NCBI RefSeq assembly: GCF_009914755.1
Contig: NC_060929.1
Reading direction: 5' to 3' (one strand)
Origin: the human T2T-CHM13v2.0 reference genome, Homo sapiens
Length of the DNA stretch: 64,000 nucleotides
This document shows positions 14,203 to 27,697 of this stretch, in pieces; position 1 is the first letter of the stretch; every line of letters begins with the position of its first letter. The notes under the pieces are model-generated. The model did not search any database and was not told where the DNA came from. It saw nothing but the letters and a program-made list of their open reading frames with translations. A program made the position numbers and the translations under genes.

Positions 14203-15684
14203 TTAGTATTTCCTCTTTATTTTCAGGCTTTGTGGCAATGTGGTAATTTAGGCCATAATATATAAAAAAAAATCACAATTCTGAAGCTGCTTTTTGCTAT
14301 AGATACCAGTCATTTTAGGGAAGCTTTACTCAGTTATTTTTACTGGAGTTTTCTGTGCTATGATTAGAACAAGAAGATTTGGGAAAGTTTAACTTGGCAT
14401 GGCAAAGAAGGAGCTGAGCAGAAAAATATTTGGTGAAAAAAGAATCAAGTGAACAGGATGCTCAAGAGTGAAGTTCGACAGAAGCAGGAAAATAAAACAG
14501 GGCGCCTGTGTTACGTCTCTTCCATAATTTATATTTTGGTTTTTATACTGGAACTGCCTTAGGTGTATATTTAACGGTAGCAGAGAAAGACAGTAATGGC
14601 TTGGTGACTTTTTTTTTCTTAAATGAGATTATTCTGTTTTGTCTTTGGCATTCCTATTGAGTTTTTTACCCAAGACTCCAAAGAAAATGGCCTTATTAAT
14701 TTTAATATTTCATTGCAGACTAACAATCTCAAAAGAATAGATTGGTGCTCGACTGAACTGTGTCCTGAGATGTTTCTAAATGAAAGCCTTGTCAAATATT
14801 TTATTTTTCTTCTGTGTTTCAATATTTGAATTGTCATCTGGTAGAATGATTTTAGTATGCGTGATTTACCAGTGCTGCCAAAATGAAGTCGGTTTTTACA
14901 TTATTTGTAGGGTAGTCATACTTGTAGAATTAGTTCTTGAAGTAAAAATCTTAATAGTAAGACTTGATGTTTTATGTTTATGACCATTCGGTATGAATTG
15001 GGGCTGTTTAAATTAAAAATATTTAAATTTTAAAAACCTTTAAATTTCATTTTTCTACTTAGAGTTGCTTAACTGGGTGTCTGGACATACCTTCAGAAGT
15101 ATAAGTAATAGGTGTATGCTTTAGATTTCAAAAAGTATATAAAGAATGTGGTGGTCTCCAAATGCCTGTGTTCTCTCCCTTGGTTGGGAGTTCAGAGTAT
15201 TTCCGCTTTTGTGATTCAGTGTTTCATGGAAGCCATTGCCCTAACAGTGAATCAATCAACTTGGTTGTCTTGCCATTTGTAGAGAGTACTTGTGTATAAA
15301 TCCTCTTATTTAATATGGGCCAAATTTGAGCTGTTGAGTTTTGTTACTCTGACATACTCAGGGTTGTCTGTCAGGTAAATGGATAAAGCATCAAATGAGA
15401 GGTGAGAAAAATTGTGTAATCAGTGCCTGAACACATGTGTTGGGCCAGGTTCTGTGCGTGTCTCTCCGGTAAGTAGATGCACAGGAGTCTTCTATGAGTG
15501 GCCTCCACTTGATGTAGAGGAGCAGAAGTGGGCCATACCCTCACCCTTTTGGTGTTCACAGCCATCTGTGATGCCTTTGATCGAATCATCTGTCAAGTCC
15601 AGCCCATGTCTTATCTCTTCTTTTCATTATAGTAGCTCTTCATGTTTTAGCCTTTAGTTATTTTAATTGAACTATTGGAGCATT

Positions 15685-15898
15685 CTCTGCTCAGAGATCA
15701 TTTCCACTGGGAGGACTTCCCTGGTCCCATGAACTGGGTCACATCCTCTCCTGTGTGCTTCTGTAACACCCTGCCTTTGTTCTTTCTGCTGCCTCTTAGC
15801 ACTCTGGACCATTCTGGCCTCTGTAATGACTGTTTCTTACTCCTCTGTAAGGACCTTGACTATAAGCACTCCCTGTTTCACTCTGAATCCACAGTGTC
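15685..15898 (+). mobile_element. L2 3' fragment
   Basis: ctgggaggacttccctg...ctctgtaagg...ctctgaatccacagtgtctg. Confidence 0.6.
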
Positions 15899-15976
15899 TG
15901 CTATAATCCCAGCACTTTGGGAGTCTGAGGTGGGTGGATTGCAGGAGCCCTAGAGTTCGAGATCAGTTAGTCAATA
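15899..15976 (+). mobile_element. Alu left-arm/FLAM internal fragment
   Basis: ctataatcccagcactttgggagtctgaggtgggtggattgc...gagttcgagatcag; no head, tail or TSD. Confidence 0.85.
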
Positions 15977-16429
15977 CTGCCATCTCATACACTGCTATTT
16001 GGGGCATGACATTTTATCAATTTCTCAGTGATTGCCCATTGGCTTCTCACTTTCAGGGCCTATACCAATTCACCTTTTTTTTTTCTTTTTCAAATGGCAG
16101 TCTAACCACTTCTTACAGGCTAATTGACCATGCTCCAACTTGGACCATGTATTTCAGTCAACCGTTGCCACAATAATGTTGAATAACACTGTCACCTAAG
16201 TCAGCCTATTCAATAAACATTTATTCTCAGACTCATGGTCTTGCTAGTTGGATATGGACTGACAGATCTAGGCTCAGCTTGGCTGGTGGCTCTGCTTCAA
16301 GCTGTGGTCTGGCCAAACTTGTCTCCTTGCTCTGGCTTGGGCTCATATCTGCTTCATATATGATCCTTCTCGGGTGCCCCAGGATGAAAGAGCAGAGACT
16401 ACTAGGAAGCATTTCTCATGGTGATATAA

Positions 16430-16790
16430 GCCTACCTGGCTCTATGGAAGAAAAGATACAGCCTGATTTGTAGCATTTGCCCATTTCTGTGGAGTAAATA
16501 CTCCCACCACAGCCAATTTCAAGCCACTGATATGACATCACTGGAAAGAACAGCACAGTAGCATATCATTGTATAATATTTTTCATCATACAGCTAAAAT
16601 AGACAACCTCAAAAGCATAAGTAATAGTATAATGTAACATAAGTTATGAATTTTGAGTATCATTGTTTTGCTATAATTTAATTCTAAGCTACTGTAATTT
16701 TTATTAGTATGTTTAGCCAACTGCCATGTAAGTTCCTGAAAATTTAATGAGCATCATGAGCTGGTGCAAACTGGCTCCAGTATATCAGTG
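16430..16790 (-). mobile_element. MER63 (hAT-Blackjack)
   Basis: cctgatttgtagcatttgcc...taaatactcccacca...ttcctgaaaattta...ctggctccagtatatcagtg (TIR-like end). Confidence 0.8.
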
Positions 16791-16931
16791 GGTTAGCCCA
16801 AATACACACATGGAATACTCTAATACAGCAGTACTCCAGAACATCACTGGGTTAACACAAATACATAACATGGAATACTCCACTTTAATACATCAGTATT
16901 CTAATACATCACTGGGTTAACCCAAATACAT
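16775..16931. repeat. ~60-65 bp tandem repeat, 2.5 copies
   Basis: atca(g/c)tgggtta..caaataca recurs in units starting 16775, 16834, 16899. Confidence 0.9.
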
Positions 16932-17684
16932 GTGGTAAAACCTAGGCTCCAAACTGGCACATTGTCACTTCTGTTCATATCCCGTTGATCAAAACAAGTC
17001 TCATGGCAGAGCTCAAAGTAACTGGATGGGCAAGCACGCTCTGACTCTAGGAGGAGGAACTGCAGTCACATGGCAAAGGGTGTGGCTACATGGAGGGTGA
17101 AGAATTGGGGCCAGTGATTCAGTGAATTACTCCTGTTACATACTTGCCGTGTCACATAGTAGAGCAAAATCTATATTATGTTAACTGCACTTAATCCCAT
17201 CTTTGAAGTGTTTACATCATACTGCTGTGGGAGTACCCATGGCTATAAGTTCTGTTAGCAGATTTGATTGAGAATCTTTTTTTTTTTGAAAAAAGTACGT
17301 CTCATACAGTGTAATAGCTGCTATTCAGGAAAGATTTAGGGGTAAAAAATGAAGTCTGAATTTTTACTCTCCATGTTGTGAGGCTTTCTCAGGAATTATA
17401 GATGCAGATTTTCATTTCCTAGTGGATTGCTACTTTATCGTTTGATTTTTTTATACTTTTCCCCCTGAGGACCTTCGTCTGATATTATATACTCAGTCTT
17501 TTTCTCCCATGTGTTAACTTTGTGTGTCTTAAGTAGCATTGATATCTTCATAAAATTTGTCAAAATTCCTTTTTTGATAGTTTTTAATTCACTTCTAATT
17601 TGGGACAGCAACCAATAGTGATTGTTACCATTGGCAACTTAATTAGATAAATTTCAGATATACTAGATGACAATGGATAAAAGA

Positions 17685-18203
17685 TAGATTACTTTATTGC
17701 TGTGTGACAAATTCCTCCAAAATGTAGCAGCTTTAAACAGCATTATCTGCTGGTTTCTGGTGATCAGGAATCTGGATGTGGCTTAGCTGGGTGCCTTGGC
17801 CTCAACTCTTTCACAGCACTACACTCTAGGTGTCAAGCCAGGCCTGCAGTCTCATCTGAAAGCTCAGCTGGGGGAAGACCTACTTCCTAACTCACTCATG
17901 TACTTATTGCTAAGATTCACTTCCTCACTGCTGTGGGACTGAGGGCCTCTCCTCACTGGCTGTTGACCAGAGAACTCCCTCAGTTCTGTGCTATGTGGAC
18001 CTCTACATGGAGTGAGCAAAACAAGTCACAGTTTCTTTGTATGTCTGTAATGTTGGAAGTGATAGTCTATAATTTTGCCATGTTCTGGTCATCTGAAGCA
18101 AGTCACTAGGTCCAGCCCACATTTAAGGGGAGGGGATTACCTAGGGACATCAATCTGAGGAGGTGGTGATTATTGGGGGCCATTTTAGTTGTTGCCTACC
18201 ATA
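17685..18203 (-). mobile_element. MLT1F-like LTR
   Basis: tattgctgtgtgacaaatt...tcaggaatctgg..gtggcttagctgg...aagcaagtcactaggtccagcccac...gcctaccata. Confidence 0.85.
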
Positions 18204-19569
18204 ATTATATTGTTGTATACTGGGTAAAATTGTTTCCCTTTTACAGATTAGGAAGTGAAGGAGCAAAGAAGTTAAATTATTTGTTTCAAGCCCTGGGCAC
18301 TAGCACACAATATAACTGGTTTTTCAGCTTGGATCTTCTTCATCCAAGAAGACTATCTGAAACTCTGAGGTCAAAGCAAATGCTAGAATGTAAGCTGCAT
18401 GAAGGAGATGTTCATTGTAATCATATCACCCTGCATAGTGCCAGGAATGTAATAAGTATTTCATAATTATTACAAAAAGAGATGGTACAAACTAATGAAC
18501 ATTTAAATTAAAAAAGTTCATTAGCTTGGCTTATTTATTTTATTGCAACTTGTTTAAAGATGGTTGCTCTGTTTTCCTAAGACTCAAGACTAAAGTGATA
18601 TAACAAATTTGACAAAGTAGTTGTAATTAAAATTTGTTCATTTCTGAAAAAGATGTAAAAAACAATTTATCTATCTACCTAAATATCCATGTTGCCTAAG
18701 AAATAGAATTCAATCTTTAATGCAAGCTGAGAGAGAATAACATCGTTTTCCTAATTTTTTTTTGTTGCCAGTTCTTAGCTCATAGTAGGTCTTAGGAATT
18801 CATTTGCCTAAATGTTGTATGTCTGTTTATTTCCTTTTAACAATATGCCTGACTTTGAGAATTGTCTTTGGAGTTTGGGCATAAATAATATTACATTTAG
18901 CTTTCTTTAGGTTCCTCTTTTTATTTGAGGGAAAAAAATTTGTTTGCTCTCTTTGAGGCAAGCGCTCTCATTGCTTCTCCCCACTAAGTACCAACCTTGA
19001 ACATTTGAATCACTGTGCTCTTGATCTTTACCTTGTTAATGTGTATGTCAATGCCTTTGTCAGGCCCCACGCGGTTCTGTCTGTAGGGAGTAGGTCATAT
19101 CATAGCCTATGATGTCATAACTTTTCAAAAGGGCAGAGCTGTGCTAGATCCATAATAGATTTTCAGTAGTTCATTCTTGCCATCAATCTCATTTAGCTAG
19201 TCTTAAGTGTTACCAGTTGGTATAAGGACTTAAATATTCATCATTAATAGCACTATGTTGTCTCATCTACCAGGGAATGGTAGTGTACATTCATCTGATG
19301 CAAATGATGCATGTTAATTCTTACTCCCACTAAAATCACATCATTTCTCCCTTTCTGCTTTTATCCCCTTTTACTGACCAAGAGGTGGCAGTTGTGGGAA
19401 CTTACACAGTCTTCAGTGTTTGTTACTTCTCTCTTTCCCTTGTCAGTACCTTAGCGACCATTCCACCTTTGTTGGTCCCCTGGCCTCCAGTCTTTTCTTA
19501 CTTGGTGGATCCTGTAACTGCTGGGCCAGCCCCCTCACAGTGCCAGCATGACATTGCCTACTCAGCCTG

Positions 19570-20055
19570 TGGAGGTTTCCTTTTGATGATGTCAGATGTA
19601 AATACTTCAGTGTTGCATTCAAGGCTCTTTCTAATCTGGCCCTTCATAATCTGTTGCCATGCTGCCCAGCTTGCTCTCTGTTCAGCAGCATGAGTCTCAC
19701 ATGTGTCATTTCCAGATGGGCCAGGGTGATTCACATCTCCTCCTTGGCATCTGCTTTGCTGGCCTCCTCTCACTGTGCAAGGCCATCTGAACTCTTCTCC
19801 AGCCCTAATTTAATTCCTTCACCAAAGCCCAGCATAAGTCTGGCTTTCTCCATGTATCCTCTGATGGCTACAGTCATTCATTTGTCTCTTTCTTCCTAGG
19901 TGCTTGGAATCTATACTATACCTTTTGACAGTGTGCATTTTTATCTAGCTAGTGTGTCTTGTTTCTTCAATAAAGTTGTAAGTTCTGTAAAGGAGGAGCG
20001 TACCTGTTTTTTCCTTAGAGCCTGGCATAGTGCTGAACCACATATGTGTCCCAGA
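19570..20055 (+). mobile_element. L2 3' fragment(s)
   Basis: ttcaaggctctttctaatctggccc and ttgtaagttctgtaaagg...gagcctggcatagtgct. Confidence 0.55.
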
Positions 20056-20320
20056 ATTCATTGTTCAACAATTATATATTGAATACTTGTGTTTTAAGAA
20101 ACACTGTACCAGACATTCAGCCTCCATTGTTAAATGAATCAGATAAAGTCCTTGCCCTCATCGTGCTTACAGATTAGGGAAGGAAGCAGACATTAAATAA
20201 ACACATGCTGTGATAAGTGCTGTCAAGGAATTGGTGTGCTGCGATAAAGAATAGGGGCTACAGATGGGATGGCCAGGGGAGACTCCTCTGAGGAGTAATG
20301 TTTAATAATGTCCTGATGCT
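20056..20320 (-). mobile_element. L2 3' end
   Basis: ttcaaca..tattgaatac...aaagtccttgccctcatcgtgcttacagattag...ctcctctgaggag. Confidence 0.75.
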
Positions 20321-21090
20321 AAAGTTTAGTGTCTGGGACATAGAAGTGGTACAGAATAATCCTCCTTTAAGCAGTCAGAAGGGAGAGTGGTATCCATCAA
20401 ACATCCTTCACCCCAGTCGTTTTTATGAGGCAACCAAAAGTGGTTTGGTTCTAAAGGACTGTGGTTGCTGTGGAGTAAGTAGATCTCTCCAGTAGCTTCA
20501 TAAAAGGTCTGGGAGCCCAGAGGTAGAGATGGAGTGGTCAAAGAGACTGGGAGCTTGAAGATGAGGACAGAGCTACAGAAGGTACTGTTTTGCAATTCTT
20601 GATTCAGAGGAGAAATGAGATAAGGGAAATGTTCAGGTGCACAGAGGAGATAGGAGAAAATTAAAGATTTAACTGTTGAAGTTTCTTTTGAATACAAATT
20701 AATTATCAAATACAAATTAAGAAATGAAGTTTAGAGGAAAGAATAATTTGCTTCATCAATAAAACCATTTTAATAGAACAAATAACTTTTCATTTTATTG
20801 GTAGGTGGCTTTATTCAGAATTATGTTAAGATTGTTTTTAAGCAGGAAACAAACAAGATTCAGCTCAAAGATGAGAGAATCACACAAAATTAAATATGGA
20901 AATTCTAGGTTGCTGGGATATGCTTTCTGTGATTATGTTTGGTTAGTGGCCAACAAGTGAATGCATCATTTCTTTTTTTTAGGGAATTTATGAATAGACT
21001 GAGTTCTGTCAACTTATTTACATTGAAATTGTAGGTTTTAATGAAAATCTAGGGACCTAGGTTCAATTATATTTGTTTCAATATTATAAA

Positions 21091-21500
21091 TAATAATAAT
21101 AGCTAGTATTTATTGAGTGCTTTACTAAATGTACAACATTGAGCTAAATGTTTTGCATTCATTCCTTGGTTTTACCTTCACCACAGCAGCAACATTGTGA
21201 AGTAGGCACTGATTTTAGCTCCTGTGATCAGCTCAGACATGTTGCATTGTGATGGGAGTCTTAGAACTTTGGTGTTAAGTGCTTCATAACTGTCTCTAGG
21301 GTGTTGATGCTTTCATGTTAGAAGATTGCTGCACATTAAAATAAAAAAAATTGGGGTTCATGGGATTTTCATAGATGAATAAGTTTAAGCATATTGTGTT
21401 GAAGGAGTCGAAAGAAATGGAAGTGATGTACCCAAGTTAATGTAGCTGGATAGTAGCAGAGCTGGAACCAGAACCCAGATTTTTGGTTCCTGGTCAGTAA
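21091..21500 (-). mobile_element. MIR (two collinear pieces)
   Basis: taataataatagctagtatttattgagtgctttac...; cccaagtt...agtagcagagctggaaccagaacccag. Confidence 0.75.
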
Positions 21501-24500
21501 TAAAAGATGACAAAGAGCCAGTTTTAGAAACTGAAAGTTATTAGGAAGAACAGTAATCTGGATGTTGAGATTTCAGTTCTAGGAGTGAATTTGCCAGAGA
21601 CCAATGATCTCAATGCAATGCAACCTTTTGTCCCAAGTTTCTTTGGCAGGAAACCAATCTCAGGGTAGGTCCAGCCTGATTTGCCAGCAAATACGTAAAC
21701 CTAGGGCTCCCTGAGGAGAGAATACAAAGACGGCTCTTTGCTACAAAGAAAGCACCTAGAGTAGTTTCTCTCAAGTTTACACCCAATTTGGGAAACAAGA
21801 TGCATCACTTTGTAATTATTCTACTCTTACTCATGCATCATAATGTGGTATGAAGTGCATGTGTGTTAACATTCATACTGTGGAAATTGCCTCATTAGTA
21901 AACAGGCCAACCTAGCTGAAGCATGGTAGCTAGTATCTGTTGTGAGGGCACAAAATGGCCTGATGCAGAACTTTTAATATATTTAAAAAATTGCAGTCCA
22001 CAAACTGTTAGCAATATCTCCCCCTGTATTTATTTTTTTAACTTGGAAAATATTTATTGAAAATGTAAGCCCTTAGAAATTTAATGGCTTTGAAAGTTCA
22101 GTAGTAGTGTATAAAAGCTGGGAATGGCATCTTGAAGGAGATAAACCAAGAATCTGGGAATGAAGAAAGCAGGGCATGTGACTTCCTAGAGGATTTGAGA
22201 AAGGCAGGCTTGGTGCAGGCAGCCACAGGTGGGCCAGAGGCACAAGGGGGCCTGGTACAGCAGAAGGGCTGGAAGACCTTTCTGCTCTGTACTTGTCTTA
22301 ATAATGGACTGACCACTGCATGTCAAATATTGGTCAGGGTTAGAGTTTACTTAATTTTTTTACAGCCCTGAAATAATATAAATGTTGTCTCCACATTATC
22401 TTCCATAAAATTTGCCTTCTCTGGCATGTTTTCCTCAGAAATTGCCTGTTTGCTTGCTGATGAGGTTGGGAACGTTGTTAAATCCTGTTTCATTAAATTC
22501 TACATTTAACCCTTTTCCATTTAGACAGTAATTGCAATAGCTTCCCTGGGTATATTAACTCCATTTAACAGGGAAAAATAAGCTTGTATGTCTCACCCAT
22601 CAGTCACAGGGTTATCTGGTCTTTTGTAATTGGGCAAGAGGAAGCATTGAGGAATATTGATGAGAAGACTGTGGGGGTGGGACTCTAGATTCGATTAAAA
22701 AAACTCTGATATCCTCTCTTGATTAGGTTCACTGGTTTTTCCATGCAATGCAGAGACAATTCTAAGGTAGCTCACTTTATTGGCTAAAAGAATGCTTTTT
22801 GCATTGCAAGCGCACCTGCTTTCTGCTGTGTCTTGACTTTATGAAGTAAGAATACCTCCCAGTTTTAAAGTACTCTAAAATGTTAGGCCCACATGTATTT
22901 TATAAATTACTAAGTGAAATGTTTTTCTTCTCTAGTGCCTTGGAAAGGAAAAACACCTTTGTTTATACCTGTGAGACATAATTCTTGGGTATGTAATGCA
23001 TGTAAGTTCAGATATTAGGTGTAGTGGTTTCATTTTTCCCAAGCAGAATTGTATTTTGAGAGCTCATATGTCTTACTTTGCCCAGTAGTATCAAATCTCT
23101 CTCTCCTTTATCTATTTATTTTTGCAGTTACTGAGTAAATATTATTCACCCTGTTTCTGAGAAGATTCAGTAAAGGTAGAAAACTTAAAAATGTTCATTC
23201 CAGAGGTTTTATGAATTATTTCTACTTCATGGATTGATTGCTGATCAGCTGAATAAATCATCTGTCTTTGCCTTCTTTTAATGACCGAATCTAGTCACCA
23301 TTCATTGTTGTTTGGGTATTTGGATGTCCAGCCTAAATCAATAGCCTATCTAGTTTACTGAGAGACAAGTATAGATAAAAATTAGCATTGTTTTAACAGA
23401 GGACACTGTCTTATCACCAAGGAGAATATCTTCAGAGTCTCTAATAGTTTAGCAATCTGCAAACTGATTGCAATTGGACAATACCCAGAGACCCCTTAAC
23501 ATTCTAATTGTATCCTCATGGAATAAATTTATTTCTATCCTAATATTGCTTAGAAAAGAAATTGCATATTCTGTGTTAATGTGCTGATATTCTATCCACC
23601 TCCTCCATTCAGTAGTAATATTTTTCTTCAGCATTTTACAAATGAAGGTAAAATCGGTATTTGTAGTATAATTTCCTGTATACATTTCCAGTTAATTGAA
23701 TTTGCTTCTGTAAATGTATGGCTCTGAATGAAAGATAACATGCGTGAGTAATATCAGCAAGGGAAGTTTAATACCCATTCAGCTTGAGTTCTGCTTATTT
23801 CTATGTGTTCTTTCTTCCTACTTTGCTGCCTGTCATTTCCTTTATCCATGAAGATGACTGGAGAATGTGCCGTGGTTACTGATGGTTGTACAGGTTCCTT
23901 CATTCTAATTAAATGTGACAAAACACAGAAATGGTTAAATGGACCCCACCCATACAGGTTGGGAGACAGCAAAGCAGAAAATAAATGAGGAAAGTAAAAA
24001 GTTGAAACATACTTCTTAAAATCCTCCATAGTGCTTTTATGTGGGGGAATATGTTTGTGTTAAACTATACGAAGAATAATTATATACAAGTTTAGTGTAC
24101 GCATGTATATATTTATGTTATGGATACTAGTGAACTTTGGATGATCAGTTTGCATTTTCCAGTCCAGGGTAACCTGGTGCTGCCACTTCAGGACCTGCTG
24201 GTCATGCTGAAGAGAAGCATTAAGTGGAATATATCCAGCGTATAAAGAGAGCTGAGGAATAGGAATAATTGAATACAGGCTATATTTTTCTGCTTTTTAA
24301 AATTTGCATCATAAAAATATATAGGTTACATAGTTGGCTTTTAGGCATAATTATGGACATACCTTTGATTCTTCAGCTAAACATTTTAGGTTGGCCTGTC
24401 TGGACTAAAAAGGAATGCAGTTCCATTCTTGAGAAAAATGAAGTGTTACAAAGACGGGCCTATTTCCAGCCAAGTTTTATGTGAGCTTAAATGTGTTAAT

Positions 24501-24836
24501 TGTAGAACTGTTATGGGTTTTTTCCCCTTCTTTCCTTTTAAATCAATATCAAATTAAGCCTAAGTAAGTGGAATTGTCAAGGCAACAATTAGCATATAGT
24601 TTTTCAAGGAAAACACTTTACTGAGAAAAGAATAACCAGTATTGTTAAAATGAATTTGCAGAAAAGCAGCATTTTGTAAAATAAGCATTATGAGCTTGCA
24701 GGGTGTGGTGGGAAAAAAGCCTAGTCTTTGAGTTCAAACACTGTCTCTTTAATGGTTCCTTCATTAGTGACGTTTGCATGCCCCCTGGGTGCCAGACACT
24801 GTACTCTGGTTTAGGGATGCAGCAACAAATACTTTT

Positions 24837-25136
<300 letters not shown>

Positions 25137-25181
25137 TTCTCACAACAGCTTGCAAGGTAGGTGGGGAAGCTACCTTGCAAG

Positions 25182-25376
25182 TAGCCTGGATGCCATGGAT
25201 GGCATGTTGATGGTGGCGGGAGGCAGACAGGTTCCTGAGTGGGAAGGGGTGGGTCCCTGGTAAAACCCTTCCTTCAAGCCAGGAACAGCCTGAAGCCTGG
25301 AGACTGGGCTGCCAGTTCTGGGGGAAGTCCACAGCCTGGAGTGAGAACTTCCTTGATGACTATTCGGCCAATCAGA
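25182..25376 (+). mobile_element. MER52 (ERV1 LTR) internal fragment inside a MIR
   Basis: ggtggcgggaggcagacagg...ccttcaagccagg.acagcctgaagcctgg...gcctggagtgagaactt...ccaatcag; MIR-like flanks at 25137-25162 and 25405-25470. Confidence 0.8.
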
Positions 25377-25953
25377 CGATGGGAAGTATAGCTTCCTTGT
25401 TTGATAGCTGGGAAGTAGCAAGGCTGGGACTTGAACGTGGTTCATCTGATTTCGAATCTGTTTTCACTGATGTATCACGTTGCCATATGTATCCATCTCA
25501 TTTGGATGCTGTAGGCAATGAGACAGTGGATTTGTAAACACATGTTAAAGTGTTTTTAATCTAAAAGCTGGTCTTAATATCCAGAGTTTTAAAAGATTTG
25601 TAGGCCAAATGGTGAGCTAAGCAACCCTGCATTTTCCTTTAAAGATTCTGTTTAAAGTCAGTTTAGGTTTTTGTAGATCCTATAAGTCATAACTTAAATT
25701 CTGATGCATTTTTTGTTATCATGTATTTATTGAATCATTCATTTTGTCATTTGGCCAACATTGATTGATATTTTTCCATGTCTTTCATAGACTCTAGAGA
25801 TGCAAAGATGAAGAAAGCATAGTCTTCACAGGCAGCTTACAGCCAAACAAGAGATCCATAAATAAGTAATGATAATGCTGTGTAGCGCATGTGCTAGCAG
25901 AGGTGTGAATAACATACTGAGGGGATGACCTCACAAAGAGGACAAGACATTTG

Positions 25954-26552
<599 letters not shown>

Positions 26553-27187
26553 AGCCTCTCTATTCTCCAAAACCAGGGGATATGGGATTATAAAAGTCAA
26601 GCCTCACATCATCTCCAGCCTGACCATAACCGGGACTTACTTAGAGAACATCTGTAAATATTTAGTAAAACTTCACTTCATGTTTGCAGTATCTTGAAAT
26701 TTGTGGTAAATACAGTAAAGCTGGTATGACTTGCCTGACCACAGTCTAGGAAACATTGTCTTCATTTACAAGTCAGTAGTTTTTGTAAGCCTTGGGAAGG
26801 ATTTTAATTTGGGGGATAAAACTATTTTTTTGATGGTAGCAAATATTTTAGAAACATTATATACAAATAATTATATTGCTAATTACTAAAATAAAAGTAA
26901 TATAATTGAATTCTGTAATTCAGACTTGTCAGTAATGGTGACTGGATTTCCCAACTCCTGTGTGAATTTCTAAAGTTAATTTCATTTAATAAAAAATGTG
27001 TCTTCTTGAAAGCTTAATTTCTCTTAGCACCAGACTATTGCAGTCAGGCTTTCAATATTAATGCTTTGCTAAAATGTGAAAAATCACATGTTAGCATGTA
27101 GCGTTTTTTTATTGCAGTAAATATGCTGAGTTAATAAGTTTTGGGAGAGTAGTATTTCCTCTGATCCTCTAGGCATCCCTAGTGTCT

Positions 27188-27697
27188 ATATCAGTCAGGA
27201 TTAGATTCAGTGGCAAGAAACGCAACGTGAACATAGTGGCTTTACCCTAATAGAGGTTCTCTATATTCTCAATGAAGGAAACATGAGGTGGGCAGTCCAC
27301 AGCTGGTACAGTGACTCCGATGTTCCTTTGGGAAATCCAGGCCCTTCTCTCCTGACATTCAGTCATCCTTGGCATGTGTGTGTTCCCTCCTGGTCTTCAG
27401 ATGATTGCTCCAATTCTAGTAATTGCATCTGCCTTCCATGCAGGATGAAGGGGGAAGGGAAAAGACATGCTCCCGCTGTCTGCTTGGCTAAAAGCCCGTC
27501 TGGCCACTGTTTAAATTCCTGTCACTGGCCAGAACTGTTTTGTGGCTACTCATAGTTACAAAGGAGTCCAGGGAATGTAGATTTATTTTTTTCCTTTAGT
27601 TTTTGCCAGGCAAGTTGCTCTTCTGAAATAACTCTGAACTTGGCTAATGAGAAAGAAAAGGAGGATATTTGGTGACTGCCTATAGTATTTGTTGCAC
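27188..27697 (-). mobile_element. MLT1J-like LTR
   Basis: atcagtcaggattagattcag...gaggtgggcagtccacagctgg...cactggccagaactg...gggaatgtag. Confidence 0.75.

Larger units (their letters stand above)
16148..17130 (-). mobile_element. MaLR LTR (MLT1H/I-like) split by MER63
   Basis: tgtatttcagtca...aaacatttattctca start; ggaactgcagtcacatggcaaagggtgtgg...aagaattggggcca end. Confidence 0.7.

Noticed and set aside
15375-15468. tcAG|GTAAAT followed by a strong CCG|GTAAGT donor (RS-exon-like)
   Set aside because: Acceptor lacks a real polypyrimidine tract
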